A stretch of 64,000 bases of DNA from Nitrososphaerota archaeon (GTDB taxonomy: Archaea; Thermoproteota; Nitrososphaeria_A; Caldarchaeales; Caldarchaeaceae): positions 480,001 to 544,000 of the forward strand of contig JBEPYN010000001.1 of NCBI GenBank assembly GCA_041641305.1. Direction: 5' to 3'. The notes under the pieces are model-generated. The model did no database searches, was not told where the DNA came from, and saw only the letters and a program-made list of their open reading frames with translations. Numbering within the stretch: position 1 is the stretch's first letter; each line of letters begins with the position of its first letter. Of this stretch, positions 38,860 through 47,210 are shown piece after piece. The position numbers were made by a program, and so were the translations under genes.

Positions 38860-39044
38860 TGGCAAACCTGAACGAGATTTGAACGAGAGTTGAACGAGAA
38901 ATGTACGACGGCGGCTAATATTGTTCAACGCCTCTCTGGTGAGCCAAAAATCCGGCGAATCAGGCTGACCATAATTGTTCAATCTCGTACAAATCTCGTT
39001 CAGTTCTCGTTCATTTCTCGTTCAAGTTTGCCACCAAAAGTTTA
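38849..39044. repeat. 60-bp imperfect inverted repeat containing TGAACGAGA repeats at an 11-bp period
   Basis: Arms 38849-38908 and 38985-39044; TGAACGAGA at 38869, 38880 and 38891 plus TGTACGA at 38902, mirrored on the right arm. Confidence 0.92.
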
Positions 39045-39047
39045 TCT
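39034..39047 (+). promoter_or_regulatory. Candidate rightward archaeal promoter (BRE CCAAAAG plus TTTATCT)
   Basis: Mirror copy of the leftward promoter in the other inverted-repeat arm. Confidence 0.4.
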
Positions 39048-39448
39048 AGGGTTCCTTACGTCTCAGACTAACCTATTTAAAGGTATATGGTTGAAAACCG
39101 CGGACAAGCAACCCCAATTCCAGGAAATTTCGGGGTTCTGGAGAGACCTAAAATTTCCTGTAAACGCTGTTTTTCAGCCAAGTGTCTATCGGTTGACAAA
39201 TTATAGTCAACCCCCTTCCGTAGAAGGGTGAAATTTCGGGGAATTAGGCGCGGTAATACGGTGACCAAAATTACTTGGCTATGGTAATGCCTCTTGTCTC
39301 TATGGCTTGTAGAGGCGATTTTTCAGCTTTCTGGGACGGGTTTTTGAGATTTTTTGTGGGCTGCTCGTCGTTTGTCGATTCTGAGGAGACGATATGTGGA
39401 GGCTCGTGGTTTATCCGTCTATATGCTTGCCGCCGTATCTGCTTCTAT

Positions 39449-40009
39449 GTGAAGAATAGGAAACAGGGTAGAGGGCGGTACATTGTTCTCGTCCCAGCGG
39501 TGTTGCTGATGGTTTTCACAATATACCTTATGCTGACCCCTCCTCAGACAACGGACTCAGTTAATGTGACGAACAGAGCCACAGCACCAGACTTCACGCT
39601 CGAAACAATAGACGGCAAAGGGTTGACAGGCGGAACACTATCCTTCTCAAGCCTGCGGGGAAAACCCATACTCATAGACTTCGTATTCGAATGGTGTCCA
39701 CACTGCAACAACATGGCGCCTATCATGGAGAGGCTCCACAAAGAGTATGGAGACAGGGTAACATTTGTCACGGTCATGGGCTCTCAGAACACCAATCCCG
39801 AGAAGTCTGCAGAGTTCCTAGCTAGACATGGCGTAAAATGGGCGGCGGTATACGACAAAACGATGAAGACATTCATTGACTACGGTGTGAGGGGGACGCC
39901 TACATACGTATTCATACGACCAGACGGGACAATACTACGCAAATTACCGGGAGAACCGCCATACGAGACACTCAAGCTCTCCGTAGAGGAGCTATTAACA
40001 GGGCTCTAA
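39449..40009 (+). CDS. TlpA/ResA-like membrane-anchored thiol-disulfide oxidoreductase
   Basis: N-terminal TM, APDFTL, EWCPHC, YGVRGTPTY; start reassigned to GTG 39449. Confidence 0.88.
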   Translation: MKNRKQGRGRYIVLVPAVLLMVFTIYLMLTPPQTTDSVNVTNRATAPDFTLETIDGKGLTGGTLSFSSLRGKPILIDFVFEWCPHCNNMAPIMERLHKEYGDRVTFVTVMGSQNTNPEKSAEFLARHGVKWAAVYDKTMKTFIDYGVRGTPTYVFIRPDGTILRKLPGEPPYETLKLSVEELLTGL

Positions 40010-40104
40010 ACGCCCTCTGAGTTAGCAGACAAGTTGAGAAAGAAATGGCTTCTGAGGTGGAGAAGAGGAAGACAATACGAGTCAGGCATTAAAACCATAT
40101 AAAC

Positions 40105-40830
40105 TTGGACAATAGCTCTTCGTCATTGGCGATGCCGAGGAAAACAAATCGCTCATATATACTGCATCGAGGTATTGGGAAAGTTGAGAAAAAAGCTACT
40201 TATGAGGAGCTAAACCTGAAACTGCTTGAACTCTTATCCGACTGCTGGGACAGAGTCATATCGCTCGATTTTGAGACATACGTTGTCGAAAACAGATTCT
40301 TGAACGATGAGAAAATACTGTCAGTTAGTTTCGCTAGGAGGGTTTCGGGGAAAACAATGCAGGCTGAAGGTATCGAGGTTAAGTCTAATGTTTTAAATAA
40401 AGAAGACAAAGACTCTGAAAAACAAATGCTTGATTGGTTGGATGAGGAGCTGGGGAAGATTAATCCTCTCGGAGTCGTAGGATATATGCTCAGAGCGTAC
40501 GATATTCCGCTTTTAATAATGAAAAAAGAGCGCAACAAGGTGGAAGGCTCACCGTACTGGAAAATAATAGACCTAACAGAGAACGCAGTACATGTGGACC
40601 TCTACCACCTGCTCAGGGACAGAGGTTACAATAATCTGTACGACGCCATATCATCACTATCCCAAAATCTTCCTCTAAAGAAAGTAGAAGATTACTTATC
40701 TCAAAATAGAGAAATGAAGGGAAAAGCTGTCAAAGAGTTATGGGAAAAAGGGGCACTCAAAGAATACAACGAAGGACATGCATATAACATGTTGCTGATT
40801 GCGGAATGGCTCACATTCGGAGGAGAGTAA
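40105..40830 (+). CDS. DnaQ/RNase H-like (DEDD) 3'-5' exonuclease-family protein
   Basis: SLDFET (Exo I), GYMLRAYDIP (Exo II), HVDLY, YNEGH (Exo III position); true start probably downstream of 40105. Confidence 0.65.
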   Translation: MDNSSSSLAMPRKTNRSYILHRGIGKVEKKATYEELNLKLLELLSDCWDRVISLDFETYVVENRFLNDEKILSVSFARRVSGKTMQAEGIEVKSNVLNKEDKDSEKQMLDWLDEELGKINPLGVVGYMLRAYDIPLLIMKKERNKVEGSPYWKIIDLTENAVHVDLYHLLRDRGYNNLYDAISSLSQNLPLKKVEDYLSQNREMKGKAVKELWEKGALKEYNEGHAYNMLLIAEWLTFGGE

Positions 40831-41233
40831 TGACAACCGTATACTATTCCGATTGTCCATCCGAGAGGCTCGCTGTACTCCTTCACAATCTCGTCATATG
40901 TTGTGAAAACCCTTCTCTTCACCAACTTTGACCTGCTCTTCACCAACCCATCACATCATGTAATAATCCTCCCATATAACGCTAGGATGCCATCATATAG
41001 AAGTGCTTCCTTGACCATGTTTTGGCAGACTCAGCAGCCAAATATAGCCGTGTCTACCGCAGTCTCTTTCTCCAGGGTAGGTTAACGAGTCGGCTTCAGA
41101 TACACCAACACCGCCATATACTATCTATCAGCGTTTTCGATAACGCTTCTGCTCGCCAACATGGGTATGAGCTATGGGTTCTTCGGATTCTTCAAACTAT
41201 GAGGATGTAATCGCTCATCGGGCGAAACAATGA

Positions 41234-41587
41234 CTAGAGCCAGACTCCTTTCGCCCCGACGCATCTGAGAACCATCAAGTTTTTCTCGTTGTCGGGAATA
41301 TTTTTGCCAGAAACAGACGCTCTCTGCGGGGCCGAAAGCACGTAGAACAGCTCTTCACCAACCTCTGCTATGTCTCCTACAGTGAACTTCAGCAGCCACT
41401 TCCTCAGAAGCTCGAGCGTCGGAGCATGTCTGACGTATACGATGACTTTATCATATTTCTTAGCGTCGGCCGCGAGCTCATCGAGAGAAGAGCTGCTAAC
41501 CTGTATACAGAAGCTTGGAAAAAGGCTAGAGAAAGCTGACGGCGGCAAAGACGGCAACACCTTAAGGACATTCTTTCTCGCACTCAT
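41234..41587 (-). CDS. DUF1874 (STIV B116/AcrIII-1/Crn2)-like protein
   Basis: 117 aa; IVYVRHAPTLELL resembles family motif SAIGHxATAELL; later LSAPQR resembles LKQR. Confidence 0.5.
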   Translation of the reverse strand: MSARKNVLKVLPSLPPSAFSSLFPSFCIQVSSSSLDELAADAKKYDKVIVYVRHAPTLELLRKWLLKFTVGDIAEVGEELFYVLSAPQRASVSGKNIPDNEKNLMVLRCVGAKGVWL

Positions 41588-41631
41588 GAAGTCGATTTCT
41601 CAGCCGAAAAATAAAAGGCATCATCTGCATA

Positions 41632-42354
41632 ATGGAACCGTCAGAAATTGTTGAATGCAACCTTGCCCGGGTGGTCTACGTTTGGCCGGAAACGGTTAAT
41701 ACTGGGAGAAGTTTTATGATGGCGATGAATCCCGGCAAGGTATTGCCGGCTATCCTGCTTGTTGTAGGCCTGTTGGCCGGGTTCTTCAGCGGCTCGGTTC
41801 TAAGCCCCGTAACAGTCACCAGCACGTTGGTCAAAACCTCCATTTCGACAAGCGTAAGCACGGAGCAGGTGACAAAAACTGTGTCCACCACCGTGACTTC
41901 GTACGAGACCCTTAGATGGTCTACTACGCTTTTCGTAACGGCCCGCACCACGTTAACTTCGGTCTCAACCAGTATCTCCACCCGGACAACCACGGTTACA
42001 TCGACCACTACCGCAACCACTACAATGGTTTCAACCGTTTACCCCGCCGTCTCGGGAACCGTGCTGGTGAGAGACAGAGGCAGCGGCTCTAAGGAGACGC
42101 CGCCGTTCACGCTCGAGGCGACCTCAGACCTAAGGATAAAAATCACGATAAGGGCTACGGCCGACCTCCGATACGTCGGCTTATATTGGTACCTGTATGA
42201 AGTGGGCGATGACCTATCCTATAAGAGGGGCTCTATTCTAGAGGAGCAGGGGTCCTTCGAGTTCTACGCCGCAGCCATTCCGCCCGGTAACTGGTACATA
42301 CAGGTGAACGCCGCCAACTGCAACTGGGAAATCACTGTCGAAAAAGTTACTTGA
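41632..42354 (+). CDS. Membrane-anchored surface protein with Thr/Ser-rich stalk and C-terminal beta-sandwich
   Basis: TM segment, about 80-aa T/S/V-rich linker, PPGNWYIQV...WEITVE; start probably near MAMNPGK (~41716). Confidence 0.75.
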   Translation: MEPSEIVECNLARVVYVWPETVNTGRSFMMAMNPGKVLPAILLVVGLLAGFFSGSVLSPVTVTSTLVKTSISTSVSTEQVTKTVSTTVTSYETLRWSTTLFVTARTTLTSVSTSISTRTTTVTSTTTATTTMVSTVYPAVSGTVLVRDRGSGSKETPPFTLEATSDLRIKITIRATADLRYVGLYWYLYEVGDDLSYKRGSILEEQGSFEFYAAAIPPGNWYIQVNAANCNWEITVEKVT

Positions 42355-43957
42355 CAGATTCCGAGAACTCTCTCCATCTTTCCAGCATAATTTTCCGCCT
42401 CTCCTTCAGGAATTCTTCATAGTTCTCGCGTTTCCATAGCTCAGGGTCGAGCGGAATGCAGTGCTCCCGTAACAGAGCAGGGTCCTGGTCGTAGAGTTTG
42501 CTGAGATACTCCGACGGCTCTTTATCCCTCAGAGTCTTGTTACTCAGGCTTGAGAGAAATGTGATGTTTGCCGCATCATTCTCCAGCTCGGGGTCTAGCA
42601 ACTTCCTTTTGAAAAGGTATTGTGGGAAGATGTGGTGCTCGTTTATCTCACTATCTCTTAGCTCCCATATCTTATCCGGGTCACCCCCATCCCTGGGCGT
42701 CCAGTCACGGGCATTATAAGATTTGAGGAGAATAGATAGCAGGGTTCGGTGCTCGTCGGAGAATTCCCGCTCCAGATAGTCGGGCAAGAGCTCCTTCACC
42801 TTCAGATTTTCTACTAGTCGTCCAACATCCCAACTATTCTTCACCGATTCCAAGTCTTCTAAGAGGTCGCTCTCCAGCCGTCCAGTATATCTGCCATTGA
42901 ACGATGCCAGTACAAGCCACTTAACCAGCTCATGTTTAAACTTCTTGTCAACCAGCTTGCCCTGTGACAGATAGTTGTTATGCATGATTATCGCGGGCAT
43001 GACGGGGAGGTAATGCGATACCAAGAACTTCGGCCTGGCTCCGTATTCCTGGAATATGTCGAGAACACTCTGGATAGCCTTGAACGTATTGTTTAAGTAT
43101 TTGAGCAAAGTCTCGGAATTGTTCCTCATCAGCTCATTCAGAGCCGGCTTAAATTTTACCTGACCAGTTGCAATGGCTAAGTATGCCCGTATAAGAGGCG
43201 GGGCGTCGACATCATATCCCCTGGTTTGCAAGTCGCTCAGCAATGTTTCAAACTGGTCCCTGAACCTCTTTCCCTGTTCATGTATGATTTTACCGGACAG
43301 GAGCGCTAATACGAGGTCGTGTAGCTTCACCTTGGTTCCCTGGCTGTTCAAGGCCACGAACATCCGCGAGATATTCTCGAAGGCCTCGAGATGGTTATCC
43401 CTGCTCCACTTTATCGTAACCTCCATGAAGGTCACCTTGTAATCGTTGAAACGCTGCCAAAGCCTCGTCAGGCTATCGTAGATTTTCGGTTGTCTCACAG
43501 AATGCTTCTGAACCAATTCAGAATATTCCCTCGCCTGCAACACCTCTGACACTTTGTACAAGTTACCGCCTGGATTAGTTCTGCCTCGGCCAAGAATGAA
43601 TTTCTCGTTCAATGCATCGAATAGAAGGTTAATCCTTTTTGTTTCCTGGTTTATGGTTATTTCGCCATTATTTATCAGGAGTAGAGATGTCAGCCTCTGT
43701 CTGCCATCAATCACCATGTAGCGTCCGTTCTTTAAATTCATGTTATCGGCGATTGGCCTGAAAATGTTTTCGAGCTCCTCACGCACATCCGTAGGTATCT
43801 CGGCCACGCATATCGACCCTATTGGAAAACCGTTGTAAATAGACTCCGCGAGCTCCAGCACCTGCCTGTTACGCCATACAAAGGGTCTCTGAATATCAGG
43901 GACTATGAACTCACCCTGCTCAAGCTTAGACATCAAATCCCTAAGGAGCATATCCAT
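42347..43957 (-). CDS. GmrSD-like DUF262 plus DUF1524(HNH) modification-dependent restriction nuclease
   Basis: PDIQRPFVW, IDGRQRLTSL, FVALNSQG; C-terminal EHHIFP...NITFLS...N. Confidence 0.85.
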   Translation of the reverse strand: MDMLLRDLMSKLEQGEFIVPDIQRPFVWRNRQVLELAESIYNGFPIGSICVAEIPTDVREELENIFRPIADNMNLKNGRYMVIDGRQRLTSLLLINNGEITINQETKRINLLFDALNEKFILGRGRTNPGGNLYKVSEVLQAREYSELVQKHSVRQPKIYDSLTRLWQRFNDYKVTFMEVTIKWSRDNHLEAFENISRMFVALNSQGTKVKLHDLVLALLSGKIIHEQGKRFRDQFETLLSDLQTRGYDVDAPPLIRAYLAIATGQVKFKPALNELMRNNSETLLKYLNNTFKAIQSVLDIFQEYGARPKFLVSHYLPVMPAIIMHNNYLSQGKLVDKKFKHELVKWLVLASFNGRYTGRLESDLLEDLESVKNSWDVGRLVENLKVKELLPDYLEREFSDEHRTLLSILLKSYNARDWTPRDGGDPDKIWELRDSEINEHHIFPQYLFKRKLLDPELENDAANITFLSSLSNKTLRDKEPSEYLSKLYDQDPALLREHCIPLDPELWKRENYEEFLKERRKIMLERWREFSESVK

Positions 43958-44162
43958 GTCGTGGAAAAAATCAACGAGAAGTATAAATCTTAAGCGACAT
44001 TTTTCTCAACCCCTGCCTCCAATGCTTCGTTCTCCGCCACTAGACAGACTGAGCTGCCACCCATTATTCCACAGAATCATATGTTCCTACCGTTCCCATC
44101 AACCCTCTGAAACAGCCACGTTCTCTTAAAACTTAATTTTTAAGGTCAGGATTATAGTTTTC

Positions 44163-47100
44163 ATGAATTTTGGGCTTGATTTCTGGGTGGCTTGTTTATC
44201 TGAGAGAGGCTACCAACTTCATAGAGACAAGCTTGACATCGAAACTCTGTTCAAGACAAGGGTTCTTCTCAGCAGTGATGTGAAGGAGGCTTACCTACTC
44301 TATAGAGATGATTTTGTAGAGGTTGTGGCACTAATTTTTGACGAGCTTCCAGGCAGGGGTTATTGCGCTAGGATTGCTCGGCGATGGCGTGAAAAAAGAC
44401 TGCTTAGGCCTTTCCTGATATTTACCGACAATATTTCGTCTTATGCGGTGATTGTTAGAGGGCCGGGGCTGGGTGAGGAGGTTAGAGTGCTGCATTTAGA
44501 GGGGCAGTTGTATAGAACAGATTTGGAGGCTCTCGAGTCAGTAACCCATCCAGGAAAACCTGACGAGCTCAGGAAGAAATATGATACGGAGTTCTTCCCA
44601 TATGAAAAGGTTAGGGAAGAGTTTTTCCAGCAGTATAAGAAACTGTTTGAGAAAGTCATTGAAATCGTTAAACCCGTTTTCGGAGAGAACCGTGCTAAAG
44701 AATATGCTCAACGGTTTCTAGGCAGGCTGATGTTTCTCTACTTTCTCCAGAGAAAGGGGTGGTTAAACAACGATAGACAGTTCATAAACAAGTTGTCCGG
44801 TTTCAGAGAGCTTAACAGAGTCTTCTATGAGCTTTTAAACAAACCGGGGGGAGGAGACGGTGTACCATATCTAAACGGCAGCCTCTTTGACAGGGAGGAG
44901 TATCTAACAGCTGAGGCTGAGAGAAAGATAGAGAAGAAAATGGATAGTTTGTTTAATGAAGCTAGGGAGGTGTTTAACCGATACAACTTCACCGTCAACG
45001 AGACTTCGCCGCTGGAGGTTGAGGTAAGCGTAGACCCTCTGCTGCTGGGAACAGTTTTGGAGAACATGCTTCCCGAGCATGAGAGGGGAGCCAAAGGAAC
45101 CTTCTACACACCGGTCAACGAGATAAACTTCATCTGTAGAAAAGCTATACAGGCTTGGCTGGGCCTAGAGGACAGGGTAGACGAGACAGGGACCAGGCTA
45201 ATCGACGGGCTCGAGGAATACATCAACCAGTTAAAAGAAAGGCGGGACGAGGCGGAGATAAGAGAGTTCAGGAACAGGCTTCTATCTTTGAAAGTATGTG
45301 ATCCCGCCGTCGGCTCGGGAGGGTTCCTCGTGGTGATGATGCAGACGATACTGAGCCTTATTCAGGAGGTTGAGGAGGCTGTAGGCTGGCACGCCGACCC
45401 AGCTATCTACAAGTCGAGAATCCTACCCAACCTCTATGGATTCGACATAGAGCCCGAGGCCGTCGAGATAGCGAGACTCCGTCTATGGCTCTCCCTCGTA
45501 GTTGACCAGAAGAAACCCGAGCCACTCCCCAACCTAGACCTAAACATCATGGTGACAAGCGACTCCCTCAGCCTCCCACAAGGTGGACAATCCCTTATCG
45601 ACCAATACTACACATCTAGCAGGATTAGAGAACTGGTCGACAACCTGAACGAGCTTAAAAAGAAATACACAACCGAACACAATCCAACAGCGAAGAAAGA
45701 GCTTCAGAACCGCATCGAGAAAATCTGGCGAAAACTTGTGGAGGAATTTGGGAGCGAAGAATTAAAGACTCTACCGCTTGAGCTAATCATGATGAGCCGA
45801 CCAGACATAATAGTGATGAATCCACCCTACGTAAGACAGGAGAAAATACCTCCTAGAACAAAGGAGCACTATGTAAAGAGCTATAGACTGGACAGGACAT
45901 CGGACATCTACGCATTCTTCATGAAAAGAGCCCTTAACTTACTTAATGAGAAGGGTGCAGCATCCATAATATCATCCGACAAGTGGCTCGAGGTCGGGTA
46001 CGGCTTAAAGCTGCAGGAGACGCTGAAACCCCATCTCCTGGCTGTCTACGGCCAGCGTGAAAGAAGCTTCGGAGCAGACATAAACACAGTAATAACAGTG
46101 CTCAGAAAAGAAAAACTACCAGACAACCACAGCATACAGTTCATCTACCTAAGCAAATACGGCGAAAAAACAGTCATCAACCACAAATCCATACCAAGAG
46201 GAGAGCTCAAGCCAGGGAAATGGTACTACCTAAGAGCACCGAAAATATTCGAAGAAACCCTACTACCAAAACTAACCCACAAGCTGAAAGACTTCGCCGA
46301 AATAAAATTCGGCATTAAGACCGGTGCTAATGAGTTCTTCTACATGAAGGACGTCAGCCACCTATACGAGGCAGACTACCTAGCAAACCCAAGAAGATTC
46401 CACGAATGGGGAGTAAATGCACGAAACCAAAAAGAACTCGAAGAACAAGAACTTATATACATAGAGAATGAAGCAGGAAAAAGATTCGTGATAAATAAAA
46501 AAGATGTAAGACCTATTCTCCGGTCGCCAGAAGAAATTCACGAATATATGTTTTCACAATTCAAGAAACTCTGTCTGTATACAAGCAATCCAGGTTCATT
46601 AACCACAAAATACATTAGAAAATATGAAAAAGAGGGAATACACCGCCGATCCACTCTCAGAAATAGGTCACCTTGGTGGAAACTTCCAGAGTTAGAAACC
46701 ACTAGTATCGTTTTGATAAAGTCATTCCACAATGTAATTTATGAACCGATATGTCCTAAACCCGTTCTCGTGGACCAGAGAGCTTATGTATTTAAGCCCC
46801 GCAACCTCAAATCATTAGAAGATGTGTGGAAGTACTTCAACAGCACGATTTTTTACTTAACTATCGAACTTTATTGTGATAGGTTGGGCGGAGGAGCGAC
46901 AGATATCAGGGTCGAAGATTACAAAGAAATGCCAGTCCCCGACTTGTCCCGATTACATATAGCGTTTGACGCTAAAAGGTTGTGGAATAGAAAACCATTA
47001 CCTTACAATGAGGAGGTGCAGCAGGCTGATAGACGAGAATTAGACAAAGCTGTGCTTAGAGTCCTAGGCTTCCCCGAATCCGAACTAGATAGGCTTGTCG

Positions 47101-47210
47101 ATGAACTTCACAAGGCTTTTGTATGGGTTGTCGAGGACCGCTTGATAAAATCCGGCAGACCTCTACACGTAGAAGAAGAGGAAGGGGCTGTGGTTGACGA
47201 AGATAGTTGA
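44163..47210 (+). CDS. Large N6-adenine DNA methyltransferase (Eco57I/type IIG-like) with target recognition region
   Basis: RLMFLYFLQRKGW, PYLNGSLF, GTFYTP, DPAVGSGGF, NPPY. Confidence 0.9.
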   Translation: MNFGLDFWVACLSERGYQLHRDKLDIETLFKTRVLLSSDVKEAYLLYRDDFVEVVALIFDELPGRGYCARIARRWREKRLLRPFLIFTDNISSYAVIVRGPGLGEEVRVLHLEGQLYRTDLEALESVTHPGKPDELRKKYDTEFFPYEKVREEFFQQYKKLFEKVIEIVKPVFGENRAKEYAQRFLGRLMFLYFLQRKGWLNNDRQFINKLSGFRELNRVFYELLNKPGGGDGVPYLNGSLFDREEYLTAEAERKIEKKMDSLFNEAREVFNRYNFTVNETSPLEVEVSVDPLLLGTVLENMLPEHERGAKGTFYTPVNEINFICRKAIQAWLGLEDRVDETGTRLIDGLEEYINQLKERRDEAEIREFRNRLLSLKVCDPAVGSGGFLVVMMQTILSLIQEVEEAVGWHADPAIYKSRILPNLYGFDIEPEAVEIARLRLWLSLVVDQKKPEPLPNLDLNIMVTSDSLSLPQGGQSLIDQYYTSSRIRELVDNLNELKKKYTTEHNPTAKKELQNRIEKIWRKLVEEFGSEELKTLPLELIMMSRPDIIVMNPPYVRQEKIPPRTKEHYVKSYRLDRTSDIYAFFMKRALNLLNEKGAASIISSDKWLEVGYGLKLQETLKPHLLAVYGQRERSFGADINTVITVLRKEKLPDNHSIQFIYLSKYGEKTVINHKSIPRGELKPGKWYYLRAPKIFEETLLPKLTHKLKDFAEIKFGIKTGANEFFYMKDVSHLYEADYLANPRRFHEWGVNARNQKELEEQELIYIENEAGKRFVINKKDVRPILRSPEEIHEYMFSQFKKLCLYTSNPGSLTTKYIRKYEKEGIHRRSTLRNRSPWWKLPELETTSIVLIKSFHNVIYEPICPKPVLVDQRAYVFKPRNLKSLEDVWKYFNSTIFYLTIELYCDRLGGGATDIRVEDYKEMPVPDLSRLHIAFDAKRLWNRKPLPYNEEVQQADRRELDKAVLRVLGFPESELDRLVDELHKAFVWVVEDRLIKSGRPLHVEEEEGAVVDEDS

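Noticed and set aside
37203-39268. Many overlapping ORFs in the track (e.g. 37708..38313, 38545..38823, 38890..39231) and the N-terminal part of 36835..37656
   Set aside because: Pro/Arg/Gly/Ser-rich translations with no motifs on both strands, typical of GC-rich non-coding or repeat DNA
40831-41230. Possible degraded toxin gene remnants
   Set aside because: Frames are interrupted and no motif was convincing enough to call
41810-42040. Low-complexity ACN-rich DNA as a repeat element
   Set aside because: Explained by the Thr/Ser-rich protein stalk; codons vary and there is no DNA-level tandem unit
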